From positions 96,001 through 160,000 of the forward strand of contig CAWGMK010000006.1 in the NCBI GenBank assembly GCA_963823655.1: a DNA stretch of 64,000 bases, in the 5' to 3' direction. Within the stretch, counting starts at the first letter, position 1. Each line of letters begins with the position of its first letter. The DNA is from an uncultured Bacillota bacterium. Its GTDB lineage: Bacteria; Bacillota; DTU025; MWDF01. The position numbers and the translations under genes are program-made. The notes below the pieces were generated by a model that worked only from the letters and a program-made list of their open reading frames with translations, was not told the DNA's origin and made no database searches. This document shows, piece by piece, positions 20,131-30,800 of the stretch.

Positions 20131-20628
20131 ATGATCCAGGACCTGAGCTCAGCGAGGAAATTCGAGAAGATCAACGGAATCATCGAGAAGAACGGGAAGA
20201 GCCAGAGCGCCCTCATCCCGATACTTCAGGCAGTACAGTCAGAATACAGGTACCTGCCCGAGGAGATTCTCACCTACATCGCAACGGCGCTGGGCATCCC
20301 GACCGCCACAGTCTTCGGGGTGGCCACATTCTATGCCCAATTCTCATTGGAGCCCAAGGGAAAGCACGTAGTAAGAGTATGCGACGGCACAGCCTGCCAC
20401 GTTAGAGGCTCGATGCCCGTATATGAGGCGATAAGGAAGAAGGTCGGCCTGAAAGACGGCAAGTTCACGACCCAGGATCTGCGGTTCACGGTCGAGACTG
20501 TCGCCTGTTTGGGAGCTTGCGGACTTGCGCCTGTGCTCATGGTAAACGACAAGGTGTACGGCCAGATGACCGCGGAGGCGGCGGAGATAATCATCGACGC
20601 CCTTCTTGGCGAGGAGGGATTGGCATGA
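20131..20628 (+). CDS. hydC: Bifurcating hydrogenase NuoE-like subunit (HydC)
   Basis: VATFYAQF, VCDGTACHVRG and ACLGACGLAPV. Confidence 0.9.
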   Translation: MIQDLSSARKFEKINGIIEKNGKSQSALIPILQAVQSEYRYLPEEILTYIATALGIPTATVFGVATFYAQFSLEPKGKHVVRVCDGTACHVRGSMPVYEAIRKKVGLKDGKFTTQDLRFTVETVACLGACGLAPVLMVNDKVYGQMTAEAAEIIIDALLGEEGLA

Positions 20629-22511
20629 AAAGGATAGCTGACGCGATTGAGCTGAACATACTCTCCGAGGAGTACAAGGCGAGGCTCACCGGCTTCACCA
20701 GAAGGGCCTTCGTGTGTGTAGGCCCCGGCTGCATACTCTCCGGCGGAAACGAAGTGTATGAGGCCCTGCATGAGGGGCTGACGGCAAGGGGCATCAACGC
20801 GGAGTTCGACGGTGCGGAGCACAAGCACGGCATGAGCGCAAACACGGTAAAGACCGGATGCCACGGCTTCTGCGACATCGGTCCCTTAGTGCGCATTGAG
20901 CCTGAGGGCATAACCTATTGCCACGTAAAGCCTGAGGATGCGGGCGAGATAATCGACAGGACCATAATCGGCGGCGAGGTGGTCGAAAGGCTTCTCTACG
21001 TCGACCCTGTGACAGGCGCTCCCATAATCCACGAGTGCGAGATCCCCTTCTACAAGAGGCAGATCAAAGTGGCGCTCTCCGGCTGCGGCAAGGTCAATGC
21101 CGAGGATATAAGGGAATATATCGCTAACGGCGGCTATAAGGCGATGGCAAAGTGCCTGACAGAAATGGCGCCGAAGCAGGTTATAGATACAGTGCTGGAG
21201 TCGGGCTTAAGAGGAAGAGGAGGCGGAGGCTTCCCCACAGGCAGGAAATGGGGCTTTGCTGCTGCTTCGAATAGCGATATTAAGTACATGATCTGCAACG
21301 GCGACGAGGGGGACCCGGGCGCGTTCATGGACCGCGCCGTTATGGAGGGAGATCCTCACAGGGTCATCGAGGGCATGGTAATTGCCGGATACTCTTTCGG
21401 GGCGCAGCACGGCTACATCTACGTGAGGGCCGAGTATCCAATAGCCATCAAGCGGCTCAGAAAGGCGATAGACCAGGCTGAGGAAATTGGGCTTCTGGGC
21501 GATGACATATTGGGCTCCGGCTTCAGCTTCCATCTTAAGATAAAAGAGGGCGCCGGCGCCTTCGTTTGCGGCGAGGAGACCGCCCTCATGGCCTCAATAG
21601 AAGGCAGGAGGGGAATGCCAAGGCCGAGGCCTCCGTTCCCTGCGGTATCAGGGCTTTTCGGAAAGCCCACGACGATAAACAACGTCGAGACGCTGGCCAA
21701 TGTGCCCGACATCATCAACAAGGGGGCTGCCTGGTTCAAATCGATGGGCATACCCACAAGCACGGGCACGAAGACATTCGCCCTTACAGGCATGGTGAAC
21801 AATACCGGCCTTATCGAAATCCCTATGGGGACGACTTTAAGGGAGATCGTTTTCGAGATAGGCGGCGGCATCAGGGGCGGCAAGAAGTTCAAGGCCGTCC
21901 AGATAGGCGGGCCCTCGGGCGGCTGCCTGACAGAGGAACACCTGGATATGCCGCTTGATTACGACTCGCTCCAGAAGGTGGGAGCCATGGTGGGCTCTGG
22001 CGGAATGGTGGTCGTAGACGAGGGAACATGCATGGTCGAGATGGCCCGCTTCTTCATGAACTTCACCCAGAACGAATCTTGCGGAAAGTGCGTGCCATGC
22101 CGCGAGGGAACGAAGAGGATGCTGGAGCTGCTCACTAAGATAACCTCGGACAAAGCCGAGCTTAAGGACCTCGAGACGCTCGAGGACATCGCTATGGTGG
22201 TGAAGGACAGCTCCCTGTGCAATTTGGGCAAGACTGCGCCAAACCCCATACTTACGACATTCAAGTACTTCAAGCACGAGTACTACTCGCACATCACTGA
22301 CAGGGAGTGCCCGGCCGGCGTGTGCAAGTCCTTCAAATACTACGTAATACTGGATGAGCTCTGTAAAGGATGCGGGAAGTGCAAGAGGTACTGCCCGGTC
22401 GATGCCATTTCGGGCGAGCCGCGGCAGATGCACCACATAGACAGGGACACATGCATAAAGTGCGGGGCCTGCCTGGAATCTTGCGCTTTCAAGGCGATAA
22501 TCATAAGGTGA
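20625..22511 (+). CDS. hydB: Bifurcating hydrogenase NuoF-like flavoprotein subunit (HydB)
   Basis: GLRGRGGGGFPTG, CNGDEGDPGAFMDR, GAFVCGEETAL and ESCGKCVPCREG; C-terminal 2x[4Fe-4S]. Confidence 0.93.
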   Translation: MKRIADAIELNILSEEYKARLTGFTRRAFVCVGPGCILSGGNEVYEALHEGLTARGINAEFDGAEHKHGMSANTVKTGCHGFCDIGPLVRIEPEGITYCHVKPEDAGEIIDRTIIGGEVVERLLYVDPVTGAPIIHECEIPFYKRQIKVALSGCGKVNAEDIREYIANGGYKAMAKCLTEMAPKQVIDTVLESGLRGRGGGGFPTGRKWGFAAASNSDIKYMICNGDEGDPGAFMDRAVMEGDPHRVIEGMVIAGYSFGAQHGYIYVRAEYPIAIKRLRKAIDQAEEIGLLGDDILGSGFSFHLKIKEGAGAFVCGEETALMASIEGRRGMPRPRPPFPAVSGLFGKPTTINNVETLANVPDIINKGAAWFKSMGIPTSTGTKTFALTGMVNNTGLIEIPMGTTLREIVFEIGGGIRGGKKFKAVQIGGPSGGCLTEEHLDMPLDYDSLQKVGAMVGSGGMVVVDEGTCMVEMARFFMNFTQNESCGKCVPCREGTKRMLELLTKITSDKAELKDLETLEDIAMVVKDSSLCNLGKTAPNPILTTFKYFKHEYYSHITDRECPAGVCKSFKYYVILDELCKGCGKCKRYCPVDAISGEPRQMHHIDRDTCIKCGACLESCAFKAIIIR

Positions 22512-22524
22512 GGAGGCAATTTCG

Positions 22525-24546
22525 ATGCCAGTTAACGGATATGTATCGGTAGACAACATCAAAGTACCCCTGGAAGGGGAGGACAGCCTCCTCAAGATAG
22601 TGCGCAAGGCGGGCATAGACCTTCCCACCTTCTGCTACCACTCCGAGCTTTCCACATACGGCGCCTGCCGCATGTGCGTAGTCGAAGTCGACAGGATGGG
22701 CGTCGTCGCCTCCTGCTCCGTGCCGCCTGCAGATGGCATGGTGGTAAGGACGAACACGGAGAGGCTCAGGAAGATAAGAAAGACCATACTTGAGCTGCTT
22801 CTGGCAAACCACGACCGCGAGTGCACGACTTGCGGAAAGTCCAGCCAGTGCAAGCTGCAGGAGCTGTCGGAGCGCTTCGCGGTGTCAACGCTCAGGTTCG
22901 GCCACGGCGACAAGAAGTACCCGATAGACTCCAGCACACCCGGCATAGTGCGCGATCCCAACAAGTGCATACTCTGCGGCGACTGCGTGAGGATGTGCGC
23001 GGAAGTGCAGGGCGTCGGCATCCTGGACTTCGCTTTCAGAGGGTCCAAGAGCATGGTGGGCCCCGCGTTCGGCAAAGAACTTGTCGACGTGGACTGCGTG
23101 CAGTGCGGGCAGTGCACTACAGTATGCCCGACCGGTGCTCTCATGGTGAAAAGCTGCACAGCAGAGGTATGGAAGGCCATAGACGACCCGAAGAAAAAGG
23201 TGATAGCCCAGATAGCCCCCGCCGTAAGGGTGGCGCTGGGAGAGGAGTTCGGCATGCAGCCGGGCTCCATCGTCACAGGCAAGATAGTGGCAGCCCTCAG
23301 AAGGCTCGGCTTCGATATGGTGTTCGACACCAGCTTCACAGCCGACCTTACTATCATAGAGGAGGGCAATGAGTTCATATCCAGGCTTAAAAGCGGCGGA
23401 GTGCTGCCGCAGTTCACATCCTGCTGCCCAGGTTGGGTGAAGTATGTAGAGCAGTACCACCCCGAGCTCATACCCAACGTCTCCTCGTGCAAATCGCCGC
23501 AGCAGATGTTCGGGTCCGTAATAAAGAAGTACCTGGCCAAGGACATGGGATGGGATCCTAAGTCGGTATCGGTTGTGTCGATAATGCCCTGCATAGCGAA
23601 GAAGTTCGAGGCCGAAAGGCCGGAATTCGCCCACGACGGGGCCAAAGACGTGGACTTCGTGCTGACGACCAGGGAACTGGCAAGGATGATCAAAGAGGCC
23701 GGCTTCAGCTGGGACGACCTTGAGGTAGAATCCTTCGATGTGCCGCTAGGGCTGGGATCAGGCGCCGGCATGATATTCGGCAACACCGGTGGGGTGACCG
23801 AGGCGGTGCTTCGCTCGGCACAGCAGCTTTTAGGCCTGGGCACCGACTCGAAGATAATATACAACGAGGTAAGAGGCCTTGAGGGGATAAAAGAGGCTTC
23901 GGTCAACCTCGACGGCATAGAGCTGAACTTAGCGGTAGCCAACTCTCTATCTGCTGCAGAGAGCCTAATCGACAGAATGAAGGCCGGCGGCAAAGCATAT
24001 CACCTGATAGAGGTAATGGCGTGTCCCGGCGGATGCATAGGCGGCGGCGGCCAACCGATAGCGTCCGAGCCCGACTTCAGGCAGAAGAGGGCCAAGGGCC
24101 TCTACGATGTGGACAAGGGCCAGATGCTAAGAAGGTCGCACGAGAACCCGTATATTACGGACCTGTATGACAGGCATCTGGGAGGAGCCAACTCTCATGA
24201 GGCACATGGTTCGCTTCACACATCCTATGGACACAGGAAGAGAATAACGGGCGGGGACATCAATGTAATGGTAAGCGAGGGCAAGCGCGAAGGCACAGTT
24301 GAAGTGGCCGTATGCCTTGGAACGTCATGTTATCTCAAGGGCAGCTACAATATAATGCACGCTCTGATGAACAGGATTTCCGAGATGGGGCTGGCCGACA
24401 GGATCAATCTGCACGGGACTTTCTGTTTCGAAAACTGCCACGAATCCCCTTGTGTGAAAGTGGACGGCAAGGTAAAGGGGTATATGGGAGAGTCGGACGT
24501 AGTAGACAGCATCATAGAGGAGAGGATACTTCCTCTTCTCGGCTGA
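22525..24546 (+). CDS. hydA: [FeFe]-hydrogenase catalytic subunit (group A3) with C-terminal [2Fe-2S] domain
   Basis: TSCCPGW, MPCIAKKFE and EVMACPGGCIGGGGQP; C-terminal VCLGTSC...FCFENC. Confidence 0.95.
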   Translation: MPVNGYVSVDNIKVPLEGEDSLLKIVRKAGIDLPTFCYHSELSTYGACRMCVVEVDRMGVVASCSVPPADGMVVRTNTERLRKIRKTILELLLANHDRECTTCGKSSQCKLQELSERFAVSTLRFGHGDKKYPIDSSTPGIVRDPNKCILCGDCVRMCAEVQGVGILDFAFRGSKSMVGPAFGKELVDVDCVQCGQCTTVCPTGALMVKSCTAEVWKAIDDPKKKVIAQIAPAVRVALGEEFGMQPGSIVTGKIVAALRRLGFDMVFDTSFTADLTIIEEGNEFISRLKSGGVLPQFTSCCPGWVKYVEQYHPELIPNVSSCKSPQQMFGSVIKKYLAKDMGWDPKSVSVVSIMPCIAKKFEAERPEFAHDGAKDVDFVLTTRELARMIKEAGFSWDDLEVESFDVPLGLGSGAGMIFGNTGGVTEAVLRSAQQLLGLGTDSKIIYNEVRGLEGIKEASVNLDGIELNLAVANSLSAAESLIDRMKAGGKAYHLIEVMACPGGCIGGGGQPIASEPDFRQKRAKGLYDVDKGQMLRRSHENPYITDLYDRHLGGANSHEAHGSLHTSYGHRKRITGGDINVMVSEGKREGTVEVAVCLGTSCYLKGSYNIMHALMNRISEMGLADRINLHGTFCFENCHESPCVKVDGKVKGYMGESDVVDSIIEERILPLLG

Positions 24547-24564
24547 TAGGAATAGTCTGATATA

Positions 24565-24607
24565 AAGGCGCCCGGCAGCTGATCAATCAGCAATGCCGGG
24601 CGTTTCT
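24565..24607 (+). terminator. Intrinsic terminator
   Basis: gcgcccggca...tgccgggcgt followed by ttct. Confidence 0.65.
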
Positions 24608-24638
24608 CCATATACAAGGCCCCGATTATTATTTATGC

Positions 24639-26302
24639 TTGGAGGAGACACAAACCCTTTCGGTGAAGTTCTTTACGGGGGATCCACCCAGGATGAGCAG
24701 AACGAGCATCTTTATTACAAGAAGGCTGATTTCGGGCGGCCTTGTGGCAGCCCTTCTTTTCCTGATTCTCCTTGGGCAGGCGCTGGGCGCAACCATCTAC
24801 TGGGCAGTTGCAGCGTCCCATACTGATTTCTCGAAAGCCTCGGACGAGGCGGCTAGAATCGGGGCCGAGACTGGCCTCGCCTGTTCGACAATGGAGGCGG
24901 ATGTAAAGGGAATCAGATATTACCGCGCCGTTGCAGGGCCTTTCGACTCGAAGGCGATTGCTGAGGCTGCGAGGGACGCCTTGAGGTCCAAAGGCTGGGC
25001 GGATGCATGGTTGCTGACCGATACGATTGCGGCACAGAATGCGCCTGAGCCCTCGACCTATGCGGACCCGGAGGCCGTCTTGCCTTTTGAAAGGACAATC
25101 AAAGTGGGCCTTTCGTGGCTTTCGGGGGCGAGCTTCCTTACGGGCACCGACGGTAAGCTTATAGTCTCTGGAACGCTACTTGAGACTGGCGAGGCGGCGA
25201 TAGTCGAAATCGCCAATGATCGCGAAAATCATGTCTGACGGCGATGGCATCAGAATCAAAAAAGACGATGCGGACGTCGGGGTGCTATTCGCGTCCCCGG
25301 TGATAATGAGCAGCAGCTCCGGGGCCCTATGGCTCTCGGACGCATACAAGGTATACAAGGGCGGGATAGAAGTGGCAAGAAGGGCGGGCGCCCCAACTCT
25401 TGCAGTGTCCAACGTAATAGATGTAGAGGATTACCTGCTATCGGTGCTCCCATCCGAAATAGGGGGCAGCTCGCCGATAGAGGCATATAAGGCGCAGGCG
25501 GTCGTCGCCAGGACGGAAGCTCTCTCTTCGGCGGGTCGTCACGCGGACACTGGCTGGGACCTTTGCGACAGCACACATTGCCAGGTATTCAAGGGATTGT
25601 ACGGACAATCGGCAAATGTTGAGATTGCAAGGGCGGTCAAAGCTACCGAGGGGGAAGTGCTCACTTATGAGGGCGAGATGGTCAAGACGGCGAGCTTCCA
25701 TTCGGCGTGCGGCGGCTGGACCGAAACCTGCGAGCAGATATGGGGCTCGAAGCTTGCCCACCTCACCAATGTGGCTGACAACCTGGTTCAACCCCAGATG
25801 CCGGATCTAAGGGACGAGACGGTGCTAAGGAAATATATCGAGACTGAGAACAAGAATGACCTCTGCTACAAGGCCTATGGCTACAGATGGAGCGCCGAAA
25901 TCGAGATGAAGGACGTCCTGAACAGGCTGTCCGTTGCCATTGCCGAGGGCTTGGCCCCTGTGGGCGCTGCCGGGCAGGGCAGCAACAAACCGGCAGTTCT
26001 CGTGAGGACGGACAGGGGAGCCGCGTTGCAGATAAGCGTGCCATCAAACGGCCAGGAATATATAATAAAGGGTGAGCTGAACGTAAGGAAGCTGCTTGGT
26101 GGGGCGACCGTTATAAAAAGCGGCGTCTTCGTAATACTTCCCGGCAGCAAGGAAGGCTCAATGAAGATAATCGGTGCAGGTTATGGCCATGGCGTCGGAA
26201 TGTGCCAGGAAGGCGCGAAGGCAATGGCGAAGCTGGGCAAGGACTATAAGGCAGATTCTCGCCCATTATTACAGGGGAAGCGCAATCGGCGGGCTCTACT
26301 AG
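24639..26302 (+). CDS. SPOR-domain + SpoIID/LytB lytic transglycosylase-like protein (apparent frameshifts ~25225 and ~26250)
   Basis: SPOR-like YRAVAGPFDSKAIAEAARDAL; SpoIID VEDYLLSVLPSEI, EAYKAQAVVART, DLCDSTHCQVF and GYGHGVGMCQEGA; repaired end QILAHYY...TAG at 26300-26302. Confidence 0.85.
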
Positions 26303-26322
26303 GCCCGGCGTTCGGGGGATAA

Positions 26323-26949
26323 ATGGGAGCCGACATTAGAAGGGCTATCAAAATAGCGGTGGCATTAGGCCTGGTCCTGCTGGCTGCCTCGGCGGCCTGG
26401 CAGCTGTACCTTCTTTCCAGGGAGGCAGGCCGGCTGGATGACATGCGCCTGAGCCTGGACTCAGCAATAGACGGTGTGGAGGAGCTGGAGACCAAGCTTA
26501 AGCTGCTCGATGAGGAGATAGCAAAGCTCGGCTTCGTGAAAGTGGACCTCTACTTCGCAAGGATGACTGAGACTGATATGTACATAGAGCCTGTCAGAAG
26601 GGTAGTTGAGAAGGACAGGATAGTATTTAATACTGCAGCTCTTCTTCTGGAGGGCCCCGGGGAGAACGATGATGGGCTCTATCCGATAGCGCCAAAAAGC
26701 GTGAAGGTCTTGGACACTAACGAGGCCGGCGGAATGGCTACCGTGAATTTTTCCAAGGAGATCTTGCAGGCAGGCTACGGCAGCGAAGGTGAGCTTGCAA
26801 TGGTGTCGGCCATTGTTGATACATTGTGCTCACTACCCGGCATAGACAGAGTTCAGATACTCGTTGAAGGGAAGAAAGTCGAAAGCCTCGGAGGGCATGT
26901 CTTCGTGGAGGAACCCCTGTCATTTATGGAGGATCTGCTCAAGCAATGA
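26323..26949 (+). CDS. GerMN domain protein, N-terminal TM + coiled coil
   Basis: LYF, LLEGP, ATVNFS, E..MVSAIVDTL, VQILVEG and LGGHV. Confidence 0.85.
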   Translation: MGADIRRAIKIAVALGLVLLAASAAWQLYLLSREAGRLDDMRLSLDSAIDGVEELETKLKLLDEEIAKLGFVKVDLYFARMTETDMYIEPVRRVVEKDRIVFNTAALLLEGPGENDDGLYPIAPKSVKVLDTNEAGGMATVNFSKEILQAGYGSEGELAMVSAIVDTLCSLPGIDRVQILVEGKKVESLGGHVFVEEPLSFMEDLLKQ

Positions 26950-26975
26950 ATTGAACGGCTGGACGGAGGGGACTT

Positions 26976-27815
26976 ATGGACAAGGTCGCTATCGTGACTG
27001 ACAGCGCAGCAGGCATACCTGAAGAGATTTCCAGCCAGCTCGGAATCGAAATCATCCCAATGCAGATAATCAAGGACGGCGAAGCATACACCATGGACCG
27101 CGACATCTCCAACCAGGAGGTGTACGGCGCGATGCGAGACGGCAAGGTCCTCAAGACCTCCCAGCCGCTCATTCCACATATTCGCTCGGCATATGAGAAG
27201 GCGCTTGAAAGGGCCGAAAGGGTCCTCTCCATCCATATAGGTTCCAAACTCACAAGCACAGTGTCGACTTGCCAAATGGTGGCCGACACGTTCGGCCCCG
27301 ACAAGGTTACGGTCCTTGATAGCTCTCAACTTACGATAATGTACGGTATGGCCTGCATAAACGCGGCAAGTGACGTTAGGGCGGGCGGGGATTTCGCATC
27401 CGCATTGAGCACGGCCAAAAACACCCTTTCAAGGATGAGAGGCTGGCTTGCGGTACCTTCCCTTAAATATCTGGCGCAGTCGGGCAGGGTATCAAAGGTG
27501 CTCTCCACGCTCGGCACCCTTCTGTCAATAAAGGTGATACTCAAGATTGGCGAAGGCGAGGTTGTGCTAGTAGATAAGTACCGCACGTCCTCCATGGCCT
27601 TTGAGAAGCTAAGGGACAATGTCCTTGCCGTCTGCCAGGGGGGCGCCGAAACCCTCTGCCTGGTTCATGCCGACAACCTTGAAGAGGCGCAAAAGCTCGG
27701 CGAGATGGTGCTTTCGTCTTTGGAATGCAAAGAAGTGATCTATACGGACATCGGCCCCACCGTCGGAGTACACACCGGCCCCGGGCCAGTCGGCGTAGCC
27801 GTTCTGCCAAGATAG
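26976..27815 (+). CDS. DegV family fatty-acid-binding protein
   Basis: AIVTDS, KTSQP, IGSKLTST, LAQSGRV and VGVHTGPG. Confidence 0.9.
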   Translation: MDKVAIVTDSAAGIPEEISSQLGIEIIPMQIIKDGEAYTMDRDISNQEVYGAMRDGKVLKTSQPLIPHIRSAYEKALERAERVLSIHIGSKLTSTVSTCQMVADTFGPDKVTVLDSSQLTIMYGMACINAASDVRAGGDFASALSTAKNTLSRMRGWLAVPSLKYLAQSGRVSKVLSTLGTLLSIKVILKIGEGEVVLVDKYRTSSMAFEKLRDNVLAVCQGGAETLCLVHADNLEEAQKLGEMVLSSLECKEVIYTDIGPTVGVHTGPGPVGVAVLPR

Positions 27816-27854
27816 AAACCGCCCTACAAATATGCTATTCACGGGGGTGCATCA

Positions 27855-30800
27855 ATGAGGCGCTTGCTTCCGCTTACTATCGTTATTGCCCTGCTGTTAA
27901 CAATTCCCAACGCCGCTTCGGCCAAGCTCACGCTAACAGGCGAGAGCATATGGAGGCTCGGCTACGGAAGCAGGTATTATTCCACATACGGCTGGAAGCT
28001 CGGGCTTGGCGGTTTCCTTGCCTCTCAGGAGATCAGGCTGGATGTTACCGGCGAGATCATCGACGGCCTGTTCCTGGAAGCCCATATCGACAACACCAAA
28101 GGGGATCTATTCCAGCAGCTGGTCGTAAGCCTGGACTGGAGAGGGCTATGGGCAAAAGGCGGCAATATCGTATATGAGCCTGCCAACGCGCTGCTTAGCA
28201 GGCCGAAAACTGCGATCATGGGCATTTCGGCAGGTTTTAAAGGCGAGAAGTTCGCGGCCTTCGCAATCGGCGGCATATCGTCCGGCAGCAAAGGCAGCAA
28301 AGTCTTCAAAGGCGCAACGGCGCAGGAGTCCATAGAATATGTGTCGGGCGGCCCGTACCTGCCTTCCAGGGGCAAATCCGGCCTTCAGGGTGCGCTAGAA
28401 GGCTTATGGCAGTCGGCGACCGGCGCCGAGTTCGACCCCGCCTTCGACAAAGGAGGAGCCCTCTTTGCAGAAAGCTCCTCGTACGGTGAGCTTTCGGACT
28501 TCCTCGGAGCAAATTCGCTGGGATTCCTGGTCAATGGGGCGGCGAACCCGGACGGGACGCTAACTGCCGGGGAATTTGTAAACGGCGCCGGCGTCGACGG
28601 CTTGTCGGGTGTAAGCGGAGCATATATCGTCCTGAAGGAGCTGCCCCAGGCAATCATAAGGGGTATGCTTGTTGATCTAATAAGGCAATACAACGAGAAT
28701 TTAGGGCTTTCCGGGGGCGCGGCAGCCAAGTATCCGTACATCGCAGGAAGCCAGACCGATACCGAGTTCCTTTCCAGCCTGCTTGAAGGCTGGGTAAGCT
28801 TTGCGACCGCTTCCAAGGCAACAGGGGAAGTCATCGCATCGGCCCCATTCACGGCCTTTTCCAGGGGGCTCATCTATCCGCTCGGGTTCACAGACGTGCT
28901 TGCGGACACTCTCACGGTGACTGCGGTAGCTCTGACAGGCACGCAGATACCCCTTATCGCGGTCCCGGGCGCCAACTGGGTCTGCTATGAGGACAGGGGC
29001 TATATCGAAATGGTCCTTCCGGTTGATTTCACCGCCACCTACTCATATATCAGGGCAGCCTTCAGCTACAGGCTGGCACAGGGGCTCTATTTCCTGGGCG
29101 GCGGCATAATCAGGGGAAGCCTGTCTGTAAGGCTCGACGGCAAGCTTCTATATGCGGGGACCGATTACGAGATAGATTACGAGACCGGCATACTTATGCT
29201 CATGGTAACTGCTTCAGACGGGGCAGAGGGGCTGCTGGAGGTTGAATACGAGTTCGCAAAGCCGGGGTCGAAGGCATGGATTGCGGCCGTCGGCGCCTCA
29301 TATTCGCCGGCTAATGATCTGAAGATATCTTTAGAGTACAGCTACGGCTCGGATGCACCATACCTTGCCGAGGACGAGACGACGGTCTCCAGGGAAAGAA
29401 GCTATGAGCATCTGATTGCCGCCTGGGCGGATTGGCGCCTGGCAGATGGGCTGAAACTGTCCGCAGGCGCGTCATTTAGCGCTTCGGTTTTCCCGGGCGA
29501 CTCGTCGCTGAGGGATAACGACTACAACAGGATAAGGTATATCGAAGCACTCGAGGACAACGCAGGGGGCATATGGTGGGCGTTCGCCCATTCGGCAGGT
29601 GTTAGGGTCCTCTCCCCGTACGGTGGAGGATGGTCCGATCTGAGGATGCCCGGCTCATTTGCAGGGGTCCCGGTAAACGGCGCATCACACGACTCGGGCA
29701 TATGGTATTTCGCGACTGACGCGGGGCTTGCCATGCTAGATGCCGACTATATCGGATACGGCGAGGGCTTTGCCGATGTGGTATCGCTTTGGAAGACGGC
29801 AGGGACCAAGGACGGCCTTCCCAGCCGCCTGATTTCGTCAGTCTCAATTAGCATGGGCTCGCTTTTTGCGGGGACTCCGGTAGGACTAGTCGAAGGCCAG
29901 CTGGACCTTGAAGGTCCCTGGACGCTTCACAGGGGCTCAGAGCATCCTGAACTTGGAGACGGCGTTATCTCAGGGCTTGCTCCAATTGCCTCCGGATTGC
30001 TTATCTCCTGCGGTGATTCGATTGCCTATTACGACGGGCTTGTCTTCCAGCAGATATTAGCCGAAGGGGCTCAATCTTTGAAATCGGCCCAGCTGGATAG
30101 CGGCTTGTCGGCGGTCGCTGCCACAGAGAACGGCGCAATTGTAATCGGACCGGCACTCGAAATTGAAAGGATCGGCTCAGGCAGGCATCTCACATCGGCG
30201 GCCGGCTCGGGCGTCTTCGTATTCTATACCTCTGAAGACGGGCTCTTCGCCTATGATCTGGACGGCGAAATAGAAGTCGCGCTGCATTCGGGCTCGGCGA
30301 TGGAGGCCGTCGGCACTGACGGCATCGATATATACGCGGGCGGCATGGCTGACGAGCTTTACGCCATAACTCTGCTCAGGCTCGACTACCCGGCAGGCGA
30401 GATACAGGAGATCGGGCAGCTCGAACACGGCATAAACGGCAGGGACAGGGCCCATTACCTAATAAAGGACCCGTCTGAGAACACTGCAATCGGCGCCGGC
30501 GGCTACATCTCACTTGGATACGATTCCTCGGCATTCGACGCTGAGGCTGTCCTTAAGGCCAGGGGGGCGGGAAGCCTGGCCGGCATGGGGCCGGGTAAGG
30601 CGGATTCTGCTTCTGCGTCCTTGAAGCTCGTATGGAAGCCGACGGGGACCCTTTCGGTCAATTTCCTGGAAATCTTGGAATTGAATAAGCTCTTCAGTTA
30701 CGTCAAAACAGAGGAGCCGATGGTGCTTTCCAACACAGTGCAAGCTGGCCTTGGCTGGAACGGGCCCGTCACGCTTAACCTGCTTACCAGCTATATAGTG

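Noticed and set aside
22635-23993. Long antisense ORFs (e.g. 452 aa opposite hydA, 286 aa opposite btuF)
   Set aside because: Shadow ORFs expected from GC-rich codon bias; no RBS or recognisable motifs.
17235-24546. Additional Sec (UGA) read-through in hydrogenase genes
   Set aside because: The TGA codons fall at normal C-termini, followed by the next gene or a terminator; no internal UGA at Cys positions was seen.
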